From the NCBI GenBank assembly GCA_032718475.1, contig JAUCBJ010007346.1:1-64000 (forward strand): DNA of 64,000 bases. Direction: 5' to 3'. Position numbers and translations under genes: made by a program. The notes under the pieces were generated by a model. The model saw only the letters and a program-made list of their open reading frames with translations, ran no database searches and was not told the DNA's origin. Positions 12,588-25,105 of the stretch are shown here, in pieces; position 1 is the stretch's first letter, and the number at the start of each line of letters is the position of its first letter. Origin of the DNA: Nemertoderma westbladi. Taxonomy: Eukaryota > Animalia > Xenacoelomorpha.

Positions 12588-13040
12588 CTGTGAACAGTGA
12601 ACACTGAGTCAGTTAGTCTCTAAACACTGAGTCAGTTAGTCTCTGAACAGTGAACACTGAGTCAGTTAGTCTCTGAACAGTGAACACTGAGTCAGTTAGT
12701 CTCTGAACAGTGAACACTGAGTCAGTTAGTCTCTGAACAGTGAACACTGAGTCAGTTAGTCTCTGAACACTGAGTCAGTTAGTCTCTGAACAGTGAACAC
12801 TGAGTCAGTTAGTCTCTGAACATGAACACTGAGTCAGTTAGTCTCTAACAGGAACACTGAGTCAGTTAGTCTCTGAACAGTGAACACTGAGTCAGTTAGT
12901 CTCTGAACAGTGAACACTGAGTCAGTTAGTCTCTGAACAGTGAACACTGAGTCAGTTAGTCTCTGAACAGTGAACACTGAGTCAGTTAGTCTCTGAACAG
13001 TGAACACTGAGTCAGTTAGTCACTGAACAGTGAACACTGC
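12588..13040. repeat. 30-bp minisatellite, ~15 units (TGAACACTGAGTCAGTTAGTCTCTGAACAG)
   Basis: Directly visible 30-bp period with a few shortened (23-bp) units. Confidence 0.95.
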
Positions 13041-13499
13041 GACAGTTGAGTTAGTCACTCAGCACTTGACTCTGAACACTGACTCAGTTAGTTACTGAAA
13101 CCGATTAAATTAATTGCATTATCAGACCTGAACAACCAAGTCAATCAGCAATAATAAAAGTAACACTCAGTCACACAACACTCAGCCACTGAACACTAAC
13201 CTTTGGAATTTAACATTAATTGTATTTAACATTCCGTAAATTAACACTCAGATACAAGGGCTCGTTGTGTCAGCAACAATATCTTTTAGACAGGCAACGA
13301 AAACCGAAGTCAAAAAAAATATTCCAAACTATTAATCTTCTGTTAATTTATTACATGAAAATACTTATCGAGGAGCCCAAAATGAGAAAGTATTTATAAT
13401 TAATGAGTCATGGGTAGGATATATAGTAGATTAGGTTAGATAAGCGATGTTGGAGGGGAAATTGTAGCTGCTAAACTTTCTCCGTGATTGTCTTAAGGG

Positions 13500-14420
13500 T
13501 TGGCTTGGGGGGGGGGGGGGGGCGGGGGGGAGTATACCCCCCATGAACCTTTTTTTTAAATGGCTGTCAATTAGTGTTAAATGATAATATTGCTATTTTG
13601 TCATGGTCAACCACTGTATGGAAGGCCAAATAGCCTTTATAGTAAAATTTGAAAATTTGTAGCCTCCACCTAGCGGCTGGCGGCGGAATTAAAGATTTCA
13701 CTAAAATTGCTACTAGTCCCTCAATTTTGGTCCAAATTTCTTGAAACCAACTTTTTTGGACCCAGCGTGATCGACTCTACAAAAGTTATCTTATAGAATT
13801 TTTAATTAGCCATTTTAATTTTAATTAATTAATTAAATTAATTAATTATCATATTTTTCGTTAAAATTGGCTAATTAGAAAAAATTGTAATATTTAATCA
13901 AAATTCCATAAGATAACTTTTAAAGAGCTTCCAAAGCTCGTTCGAATGAGCCAAAACGAAGAGAAATTGGTTGAAAAATGACGGAGGAGTAGTAGTTTGA
14001 AAATGAAAAATGTCATTCCGAGAAAATGCCCTTCAAAGTTTAAACCGTCCCGCCAAAATTGGCTGTCTGTGTTCTGGTTGGTTAATTATTTCTGGCATGA
14101 AGGATGCACACCACCGAGCTAAACTGTTCATTACGGGGGTTTTCGGGGTCGCTGATTTCATTTCCGATGTCCGTTTTAAATTTTGGTGGAATCTAGTCTA
14201 TCTGTCTGTCTGTCGGTCTTCTGTCTTTCTTACAATTTGACGGACAGACCGTCATACGGAAAAACAGTGATAACTCGAGAAAAGAAAGAGGTCTCACTAA
14301 GCGGTTTTCAGATTTTTAATCCTCATTAAATTCTGCTCTAGGTGAAATAAAAAAACAAAAATTTGAAAATTTTACCTGAGGGGGGGGGGGGGGGGGTTCC
14401 CCCCCCCCCCCCCTTAAATT
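13500..14420. mobile_element. Degenerate non-autonomous element(s) bounded by poly-G/poly-C tracts
   Basis: Internal inverted repeat (AAAGTTATCTTATAGAATTTT / AAAATTCCATAAGATAACTTT), a CTGTCTGTC microsatellite and GGGGTTTTCGGGGTCGCTGAT resemble the HINE-like remnants at 41500-42640. Confidence 0.35.
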
Positions 14421-15147
14421 GAAATATTAACTATATACGGCAATGTTCTTAAAATAGCACTTTATAGCGTTACGGCACGAGTGATTTTGTTTTCCGAGCG
14501 ACAGCGAGGGAAATAATAGAACGAGGGCCGTAAAAGCTTTAAAGTGCTAATTATGAACAATGGCGAATCTAATATTATTTATTTGTGGTGAATTATTAGT
14601 AGTTATGCACTTAAACTTTCTAGAACAACCTAATAATGATGCGGTGACATACAGGATATACTGGAAATACATAGTAAAATGTATGGCGTAGGACATACTG
14701 AGAAATAATGTCGCACTGCGATATAAAGCTGGAAATGTGAAATATTCCAACATTTCCAACACCTCGTATAAGTGAAGGGCTGTAGGGTGATGTATGGGAG
14801 TAAGTATGTATTGAAATTGATCAACGGCAGTCATCAAATGGATGGAATAGACAAATTAATAATAATATTAATTTATAATTAAATAATTAATGGAGTAGAT
14901 GGTAAGTAGATGGTCAAGGTGCCTGAAATTGTTGACCCAAAGTTGGAACTTGTATAAAGCTAGTTACACCGAGATTGGCAGTTAGATAGTTACTAGTCCT
15001 TCTACTTTTGACCATTTCGGCAAATCATAATTTTGTACAAAATCATGTGCAAATTAAAGGTTAAAATCATTTTAAATCGATCAATCACGTTCAATCATTT
15101 TAAAGCTCAAAAAGCAGCAAGTTACTGACCTCTCAGTCACTGACCTT

Positions 15148-15723
15148 TCAGTCACTGAACTCTGTTTCGGAACTCTCTATACTGCTGTCGTCGGATTCCG
15201 GAATATTCCCGGATCCCGCTGGAGCCGGTAAATCCGGATTGTCCAACAGCCTCGGGTCGACACCGTCCCCAACCATCTTCTGTTTAACGCCAACCGCCGG
15301 GATCCCAACCCGAAGCATCTTAAAGTACTTAGCGTAGCGGGGATCGTCTGCCACAGTCGGTTGGTTGGAGTCCAACGGGCCTACGGGATCCGACGGGGCG
15401 GTCTCTACTGGGGGAACCTCGGTACCGGTGTCGGTAGGTACGGTACCGGTAGCCGGCGCGGCTGGCGCGGTACCGGTAGCGGCCGTACCCGGGATCGAGT
15501 TGAGTTTAGCTTCGAGTAACTGGAGTTGCACCTCGACGGATTGCAGTTTAGTTGACATCGCCGCGAGTTTTATCTCGCACACTGCGGAGAATCGGTTGAG
15601 GAATTGTACGGACTGCGCGACCACGTGGTTAACGAAGGCCGCGGTCCGTTTCTGGTTGATCGCGCCGATTTTGGTGTAATCGACACCTGGCTCGATGAGA
15701 GGTAGACCTCCTAGCTCCTCCAT
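15148..15723 (-). CDS. WASHC3: WASH complex subunit 3 (CCDC53), single coding exon, 191 aa
   Basis: GLPLIEPGVDYTKI..INQKRT.AFVN...QFLNRFS.VCE.KL...LEAKL.SIPG, then DPRYAKYFKML.VG.P...VKQKM..DGVDP.LL and an acidic Ser-rich tail match the CCDC53 family end to end. Confidence 0.95.
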   Translation of the reverse strand: MEELGGLPLIEPGVDYTKIGAINQKRTAAFVNHVVAQSVQFLNRFSAVCEIKLAAMSTKLQSVEVQLQLLEAKLNSIPGTAATGTAPAAPATGTVPTDTGTEVPPVETAPSDPVGPLDSNQPTVADDPRYAKYFKMLRVGIPAVGVKQKMVGDGVDPRLLDNPDLPAPAGSGNIPESDDSSIESSETEFSD

Positions 15724-16506
15724 CTAGTTGAAGTATTCAATCCTGCAATCCGTAGAAATTCCAAATTCAGAGAGAGAAGGAACTCTGAACTCTCTCTACT
15801 ACATACTAGGCCTATTACAGTAATATACCCTTCGTGCCCCAGCCTGCCTGCCGACCGAAATCCAAAAATACAAGGGGCACCCGAACCCTCCAACAACCAA
15901 ACCACTAATACAGTACCGTTACCAGGTTACCGTACAGCAGTAATTTTATTATAATTAGTCTTTTAAATCTTCGAACTGCCTGGTTTCTTTCTATCACAGA
16001 CCTCAGGACCTGTTAGCCTGATTACTTACCTATTACTGTATTAACTGGCAGTTAGGAGTAATGGGTATGAAATGGGGGGGGGGGGGGGGGGGGGGGGGGG
16101 TAACACTTGTAACACTTCAGCACTTATAAGTACGTCACACTTTTGTTTGTAAGCATATAAATTATGAGAGAGGGCAGGGACGAGGTGAGACGGTGACATT
16201 TGTATGTTTATCACGCCGCACGCCGATGCCCGAATCGCTTCCACCGCTCGCGATCACTCATTTACCTCCCCCAATTCATCTGCGTTATCAATACCAGTAT
16301 TTCCTCACACGTTTTAGGAATATCAATCAAGAACAGGCTGATCAGATGTACGATGGCCGTGACCGGCCTGCAGGGTGGTGCTGGGTTTTCCAAATTATTA
16401 CACATGACTTTGTTGAATAGTATTGTATTTTAAGCCACTGCCCTCAAAACAAGACTAGAGTGGTTGGTTCAGGAAATAATGTACAGTTTGTATATGACTG
16501 TATGAT

Positions 16507-19482
16507 CATGGTATTCAACATTGGCGCATCACTTCTCGGATTAGTGTTGCACTAAAAATGGGAATACCATATATACAAAACCGTAAAATGGCGGAGAAAA
16601 TCGAGGAATACTTTAAGCAACACAAATCCATGTTAAAGATCAACTATGATAAAAGAACATCAAATAATAGTAAAGTCGAGTGCTATAAAGCTGAGCTCAC
16701 AGAGACAGCTGTGTTTTGGCCCCGTACCACGCTCAGGGAATCCGATAAAAACAGAGGAGAGAATAGCCATACAAACTGATATAGACTTCTTAAGAAGCAT
16801 GATGACTGACATTGCAGCAACTTATAGTGGGGTTGATCAAGTTTATTCAGAGATAGCTCAAAGTAGAATTGGTAAGAGAAAGTGGAATACTTCTACAACT
16901 ACTGGAGTTGTTAAAACGCCACCATCCAAATGTCTGATCATCGAAGACTCTAAAAGTGAAGAATCACTTGGGGAAGAACTACCAGAGTTTATGGCTTCTA
17001 CATCAGATAGTGCTAGTAGAGAAGTCCGTAAATACAGACAAACGAAGAATGGATTAAATATTCAAATTCCCCCGGATATTTTAAGCAATAAACTGCTACA
17101 ATCAACAGCAATTCGAAACCATACTTCCCCAACTGCCCTGGCAGCAATTGTTAAATCATTGATACCAGCTTGCAACAAGTGTTTATTTGGATGCCACATA
17201 AAGCATTAGATATCGAGTTTTAGCTAGCAAGGAAATTGCAGGGAAAATAATAGAGGAGTTGACTCCTCCATCGATTGGATGCTTACACTGGGACGGAAAA
17301 TTTATGAATAATCTTTACTCGAAAAATCAAGTTGTTCGTTTACCAATTTTGGTTTCTGGTGAGTTGATCTTGATACTGAATATTTATCAAAATAATAATA
17401 CTATAAACACTTTCTAAGAAGATAGCACAATTCATATTAATAACATTCAACATTAATAAAATCCTTTCATGATTTATTTTCTTTTAGGTGATGTTGGAGT
17501 AAAACTACTGGGAGTACCAGGACTGCCCAGTAAAAATACAGATAAAGTGGGAGATATAATTCCACGAGCTACAGAAGAATTACTTAACAAGTGGCAAAGC
17601 ATAGATTGTATTCGAGCTATGGTATTTGATACCACTGCTTTAAACACAGGTGGGCATTTTTTAATTTGAAAGCTAAACAAATCATTAATAATATTATATT
17701 GATTACCATTTTGCATCTTTATTACAGTACCACTTGTTATAATCTTCATATTGTTTATATCTTTATAACAGGCCATGAAACTGCAGCTTGCATTGGCATT
17801 CAGCAAAAGTTAAAGAGGGAACTTCTTTGGTTTCCATGTCCGTCGCCACCACAACAGAGGAGAGGTGATTTTATCACATATATTTGAGGATCTTCATGTG
17901 GAAGTTTCCAAGGGGCCTGAAGTTACAATATTTAGACGGTTTCTGGATAATTATGACAAGTTGACAACTGGAGAACTGACAGATATAGTAGATTTTGTTG
18001 ATCTAGGAGACACCAACAGCATTGTTATAGACATTGAGCAAGTTCTTCAGGTAATCTGTGTTACAGGGGTGATTACAAAGAACTGCTGCAAATTACATTG
18101 TTTATGATTTCAGGATCTAACACTAACAGTACTTTTCATTTCACTGATGAAATCACTGCCACCGACATTTCTTTCCACATGCCAGGAGCCTTGCATAAAG
18201 CAAGGTGGATGTCAAAGATATTATATTCCATGAAGATGGTTTTGATGTAAGTGAAGATCGCCAAAGAACTGCCAAAGGGAGCAATCTTTGCATCAGGGCA
18301 ACTGGACAAACTCATCCGGTTTGTGAAATTTGCTATTACAATATATATTCCATGGTGGATAGATTGTGGTACACCATCAAATGCCCCTGTTAATGATCTA
18401 AAGCTTCTGCAAGAATTGCAGAATACCCAAATCAGGTCATACAGAGATTAGCATTGAAGGCATTTATGAACCACTTAGGGTACTTGACTGAGGAGTTATT
18501 ACCATTAGCCTTGTGTTCAAACAAGGTATCTGTTTATGAGAAGCAGCGTATAGCTGATAAGATGGTAACCCTAGCAACCACAAACCCATCAATTCATGAT
18601 ACATCCACTTATCACTTCACTAAGCGTTTTGGAACCACATATGGGAAACCTAAGATTGCAAATGTGTCAGAAACAAACATACGTAACCTGGAATTATGTG
18701 ACTTTGTAGGTGAAGATTCAAGGGGATTCTTTAGTATCATGGGTCTAGAATCTTCATTCATCCAAGTACCTGTTATTTCATGGCCCAGTGACATTTTTTA
18801 TCTGGCATTTCAAAGAGCAGTTGGAGATTTCAGGGTATTAAACGATAGTGCAGAGAGAGGTGTGTAGTTGGCAAGTGATTTCAGTTCAGTTGCAAAGATT
18901 GAAGAACGTTATATCTATTCTACAGGTTGCTGGAAATGACCGTAAACGTGTGCCCAATCAGCGGAAATCCAAAAGAGCTCCAACAGAAAGAACTTGGTTC
19001 TTAACTCTCTGAACTTCTTAGGAGTTGGTATAGGCATCAAATTTTCAGATTTGATTGAATTGGCATTACTAATAATTAATGACTTATATTATAGATAGTA
19101 TAGCTGTGAGTGATTTCTCTGATTTGCTGAATTAAAATAAAATGTATTATTTGCTGTTATTACCTATATATATTCAGATTCACTCTATTTTAATTCTGAG
19201 GGTTTCTACCCCAACTAAATCGACCATTGCGGATCGAATGAGCCTAATATCAATGGAATAGGATTACCAGAAGTTGGTTATTATGAAAATGGAGGATATA
19301 TCACTGTCGCGCTAAGTTGAACCGTAGTCGTGAAACTTTAGGGTGAGTCTGCTACACCTAGACATGAATCAAAAGTGCTAAAACTTTGCCATAGTGCTTA
19401 TATTAGGTTGTTACCACCAGAAGAAAAAGGTAGGCATAATAAGATAACTTTTTGATTTTTGGGGGGCACCAGCCTCACCCTA
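16507..19482 (+). mobile_element. Degenerate hAT(m)-like transposon, copy 2, with probable right terminus
   Basis: 16507-19114 matches 1-2615 with the same disabling lesions. It continues to ...GGGGGGCACCAGCCTCACCCTA (19482), whose reverse complement starts TAGGGTG as in hATm termini. No matching left TIR found. Confidence 0.75.
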
Positions 19483-19974
19483 GTATTTAGCAGGTGTAAC
19501 AAGGTGCTGTTACTCAAGTAGTTTCTCACTAACAGGCGATCCCGTAACTTTATCCGGTACAGAATGTGTATTTCTTCTATTTCGTTATTACTTAGCATTC
19601 CCATGTGGAATTTAGAGTTTATATTTTATTACAGGCACCGCATAGGAGTTCCATAATGTCGATATATCTTCTATGGAGATTCTTTTCACATCGGATTGAA
19701 GATTTCAGAAACCATTTTGATTGTGTTAACGCAGTCTGTGTATGTCGTTTTTATGTTTCCAAACCTTGTATCCCAAAAATGTAATAAACGGTGTCTCTGG
19801 AACTAATTTCCCAATAATAGAAAAATACAAAGCATAATTACGTAGGCCTAGTATAGATAAAAAGCACAATTACGTAAGCAAACCACCAATGCCATACATT
19901 TATGTGATGTAATTTTGAATTTAAATCTTGGTCACTTAATAATATAAACTCAAGGCTTGCCTGGCACAATAACT

Positions 19975-20287
19975 AACTACTACTACTACTACTATAATCG
20001 GCATGCTGCATTAAAACACATATATTAAGAATGCTGTGCCGGCTTGACGACAAAATTGCGGCCGCCACAGTTCCCTATCAATCCCCAATGACTCTCGCTA
20101 GATCATCCGCATATTCAAGGCCAGTGTCCTTTAAGAGGTATCTCAAGAAAATCATGGGCTGTTCACCATGCTTATTCGCTCAATAAGGCCGTCAAAGTAC
20201 AACATTGTGCACTGAGTCACTGACTGGTCCTCACGGCGAAGGCGGTTTCCTGTAAAGCGGAGGCGGCAGCGTTCAAGTGTCAAGCTA
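19975..20287 (-). mobile_element. 3'-end fragment of the same RTE-group LINE
   Basis: Homologous to ~10144-10430, with a longer (TAG)n tail (ACTACTACT... on the plus strand). Confidence 0.85.
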
Positions 20288-21745
20288 ATATAGCCGTGTA
20301 GTCCTGCCTACATCTTAATCATATACATGTATCCAGAATACTGAAACAAACACAGCAGAAGTACCAGCATGCGGAAACGTTATTATACTATGTGCAGGTT
20401 TTAATACGCCCCACATGTGGGTTGTTGTGACGAGTGGTTATTTTACGCCGTTAAATAGAGCAAGGTTTAGACAAATAATTTTAATTTACTTTTTCCGGCC
20501 GGATTCTCATTATTAATTAAGAAATATACACTAACAATTTCCAAAATGGCGAACATACCGCCGCGGTTTATGGTAATTTCGTAAAACAATAACAAATAGT
20601 TGGATCCTGTACTTATGCAAAATGTGGCTCTCTTCGTGGTTCGACCCACAATACATAATTCAGGCATTGAGGGCTAGCAGGTTCAAAATTGACGAAAGTC
20701 AGAAAGGATTACATATTTTTTTTATAAACAAAGACAAATGCAACGTGACAATGTAGAGTAGAGTGAATATTATATTAACACAAATGTTTAAAGTATCATT
20801 TTACATAACTAAAGCACGCGAATTAGTGTATATAAATAGGGGCGTATTTTACAAAGAGATAAGTATGAAGTTACAAAACGTCATTGTGTTTGGGCTACTT
20901 CGTTAAATAGGCAGCCCCCCCCCCCCCCCCCCCCCCAGCCCCATTGTCCTTCTTGTGATTTGTTGTAACCGCTGGAAAGGCTTTACAAGGGTTACAAATC
21001 TGTAAGCAGTAAAAGTAATTTGCAATCAGTCCGAACCACATTCTTTTTGGATTCTATATGTATTATTATTGCCTTATTACCGGAAATGCCCAAAAAAAGT
21101 TTTCAAAAAAATTGAATTTTAATTTGCGGATAATTTATTTGTTCCCAGAATAATTCTTCGTAATCTTGCACAACACAAGCCAAGTTTACAATATAACGAG
21201 TCACTTTTGGGATCGGCAAATCCGATGGGCGAAGTTTGATGTCCAATTAGCTTCCTATATTGTACCAGCTTGAGCTAAAAAGGTAATAAAATTGGTGTAA
21301 AATATTAAAACAAATTTCCGTTGCTATGGACACTAAATTATGTAGAAATGCAAAGTTTCAAAAAATTCAATAATTTGCGGGGATCAGAGGCCCAGACCTC
21401 TCTGAGCGTGGCTAAGATCATCGAAACGGTAACTAACGGAGTAACCAATGGGACGACAGCGGAAGCTAAACTCGCTGCCATTAACAAACTAAAGGAGACC
21501 CCGATGAGTGCTGACGAGACCGCATAGAAACTGAGAGTGAACGACTTAGATCCCATGTAACATAACATAACTTTTGTTCAGTAATCATCATTTTGTGCTT
21601 CGATATTTAATTATTTTCATAATTTCAATCATTTCTTATGCAATGTAACCATTAAAATAATTTGGTTGGAGTGAATTGCAAATTATTTTATCAAATAAAA
21701 TTACAGATAATCATCCCAGATCAATATTAGTCTACGTTCAACGTC

Positions 21746-21778
<33 letters not shown>

Positions 21779-22249
21779 ATCCCCCTATCTGTCAACCCCC
21801 CCTCCCCTATATCACTTCACTACGCAGTAGAAGGTAAACCCTGATTACCCAGTAGAAATTTCAAACATGAACTCCACAGTATATTATAGTTATATAGGCA
21901 AATAATTAAATACTTGCATCAAATGTGCATGGCATTGGAAATGGAAATACAAAAGAGTCGTCAACGAGTTAGCAAATCACATAGAACTAACTACGACAGA
22001 AACTAAAACAGGCGAGCTACAGTATAATATCGCACAGCCAACGGAAGAATGCAGCACATTATAAAATGGAACAACGTAATATGTACACACCAGTAGCGAG
22101 TGTCGATTAGTTTCCAGAACGCCCGATAATGTTGGGAACGGAAGCGGAACCAGCCCGTCGTTAATTGTCTGTACGGATGAGTGTTCCACACTGGCCCGGT
22201 AAGTCTGCGCTACGGCAATACACCATGTCCGGGAATATAGTGTCGATAT

Positions 22250-23050
22250 TCAGGAACCCCCCCCCCCCCCCCCCAAATGTTTCTACAAATCTTAATGAAA
22301 GTGCATGGAATTTGAAACCGAGATAGTATCACCTCCCTCCTCCTTGCTGGGTGAGCCAGAATTTTTATTTTTGCTTTCAATCTTTAGCTACAAGCGTTTA
22401 AAAAAAGGTGTCTCCGGTGATATTTTAGAAGTTACACCGCAGTTATTTTTCAACCTTACAGTGATTTGTTGGTACTGTTAGAAAGCTGGGCATACAAGGA
22501 TTCCAAATATGTAATATAATCAGAATTCCGTTGAAAAATAGCCGAGATATGGGCGTTCAATAGTTGCAGGGTTTTGATCTTGCGCGAGGCTATTTTATTA
22601 TATTAATAAAAACATCATTATTCAAAATGGAACATTTTGTTTTTATGTATAAATAAATAGCAACGTAATAGTATGATTTAAGAGGTATTGCATTGTTGCC
22701 CAGCTTCGTATGGGATAAAAACAAAATGTTCCAGAATATTGTGTATAGAATAAAATAGCCTCGCTCAGATGCAAAACCATGCAACTTTCGAACGCCCATA
22801 TCCCAGTAATTATATCGGATATATACATTGGAACCTTGCAGAGCCAGCTTTCTAATAGTAACAACTGTTAGATGTTGAAGAATAAATGCGGAGCAATTAA
22901 TTATTGCAATATCGTCGGAATTAATGAAATCGAAAAAACATATTTTAACTTTTCTAATTATATTTTTACGATATTTGTTTAAAATTTCTATTCAATCTCC
23001 TTAAGATTCGTAGAAACATTTCGGGGGAGGGGTTTGGGTCCAGGTACCTG
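22250..23050. mobile_element. Diverged palindromic MITE-like element
   Basis: AAATGTTTCTACAAATCTTAA (~22275) pairs with TTAAGATTCGTAGAAACATTT (~23001-23021). GATATGGGCGTTCAATAGTTGCA pairs with TGCAACTTTCGAACGCCCATATC. Confidence 0.7.
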
Positions 23051-24362
23051 TATAACGGCGCTACATTCAAGGACACTGTGTATGAGGGCTGTACTTGTAC
23101 TACCCCGTCAGCTCACGATGTATGAACAGATAAAAAACAACAATCGCACCGCGAAAATCAACGATCACCCCCAAAATCATAATGTCGCGCCAAACAGAGG
23201 TAAAAACCCCATAGTCTGGAAACAGCCAACACTAACCACTCTCATGGAGTTGTACAACGTTAACGTGGTGTACATAGATTCAACGATACACAATAGCGAA
23301 CACCTTCTAAAAGGGATGGCTGAAATATAAGGTTTCATAGGAAAGATGGTACGAATAAGTCCCTCAAACGATTAACAACAAACTTTAAAACTAAATGATA
23401 ACTAATTAAATTTATTGGAGCTGCAGACATTCAATAATATTTAGAATTAATTAAACTAGAGATTGAAATAGAAACTATTTATCCAGATTATGAAAGTCAC
23501 ATATCTGTTTAGTAAAATGAAAACTACGCGATTGCAATGTATTAACTAGGTTTATATAAAGTTGAGTGAAAAAATCAAATTGTTTGGAGATTTACAGTCC
23601 ATTGAGATCCCGTGGGAATTCCATTACAAAGTCGTTTACAATTAAACAAAACGAAACGGGAGAAATATACAGGCAATCTTGTACAGCATGATATACAAAA
23701 CAAACATATGCCGGTTCAAATACGCAGGTTAAAAATGTATTTATCTATCAGACAGTCGAATGCGAGAAAAGAGACACAACAGAAGCCATAAAAAAGGGTT
23801 CAGCTAACTAAAACCGGTGCCAGATTCCCAGATAACTCGCGAACAATTCGCACAAAACAAGATATATGGAGTGAAAATAATTTAAACAATTTATGAAAGA
23901 GGAAGCGAGTAATTCACTTGGGGATAATTAATTTAGTGTGTGTGAAAATACAGTAGTTGGAAAGTGGAAACGTTTGGGAGATTTGGTTTGGTTGTGAAAA
24001 TAAGATGTCATCATTAAATATTAGACATAAACATGAAATTATAATAAATTTCACAATTATTGATGTATAATAATGATTTATCTGAGTAAGCAATGATACT
24101 TCTTTACCATCAATAAACCAGCTTACATTACAATTTTCTAAAATCATGACTATGTAATATCTTGTCGAAACGAAAAAAAAGAACGCGAAATGTGAGAATC
24201 CGGACAAAGGTTTTATCCAAACCCTAAAAGAGTGAGAAAAATTAACAGATAAATTTCTACTGAAATGCAAAACTACAAGAGTCCGTCGGTATTCGAATGC
24301 GTTCGCCGTCGCATAACCGTCATCCGAAGTATCGAGAAACTAATTGCGCCAACCCGCCGCGG

Positions 24363-25030
24363 TCAGGGATTATCATCTAGGTCGGGTAATCCTATAGAGG
24401 ATTCAACCCAGCCAACGAAATCAACTTCCCGCTTCAATGATTGTTTTACAAAATCGTGTTCCTGCAGTGAAACCAGGTCTGCGCGATCCTCGGGTTTCTT
24501 TACGAGACAGCTGTTAACGAAACTAACGAACGAGGGCGAAAACGCGCCCGGAGGCAGCCGCGGGGGCGGTTCGTTCACGATGTAATCCAGCAGCTCGAAT
24601 ATCGCCATGGATTGCGGCGCGTCTTCGTGGGCCGATGCGGGGGGGCCCAGACCCGCGAGTAGTCGCCCAGGGGGCGGCTCGGCGTCGCCCCCTGGCCCCC
24701 GGGGGCCCTGCGTCGCGTTCAGTTTGACGCCGAGAAGCCGCTCGAGTTCGCGGGGTGTCGGGGCCGGGATCGGGAACCTTCCGATGGCCATCTCGACGAG
24801 GGATAGACCCATCGACCAGATGTCGCTCTGTACGTTGTAGACGGTGCCTTGTAGCCGTTCGGGGGACATGTAGGAACGCGTTCCTACGAACGAGTTGGCC
24901 AGCGAGTCGATCAGTTGGCCAGAGACGCCGAAATCGCAGAGTTTTATTTGTCCTTTCGAGTTGACTAATATGTTACTTGGTTTAACATCTCTATGAATAA
25001 TTTGATGTTTTTCGCGCAAATATGCCAAAC
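24363..25030 (-). CDS. MAP2K1: MEK1/2 (MAP2K1/Dsor1-like) exon 2
   Basis: [48 protein letters not shown], Pro-rich insert and [16 protein letters not shown]. Acceptor TTTTCCTTAG|GT completes the split Gly codon. Confidence 0.95.
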
Positions 25031-25105
25031 CTAAGGAAAACATAAATATTTTGATATATATATATATAGTATATAAATTCTAGGGGATCGATAGCGCAGC
25101 GACAG

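Noticed and set aside
12588-13040. CRISPR-like appearance of the regular arrays (also 25240-26555, 31808-33650, 42935-44294)
   Set aside because: These are head-to-tail tandem units with no unique spacers, there are no cas genes, and the context is eukaryotic.
16455-16475. TAGAGTGGTTGG as the left TIR of the hAT element
   Set aside because: It matches the right end (TAGGGTGAGGCTGG) only loosely and no 8-bp TSD is evident.
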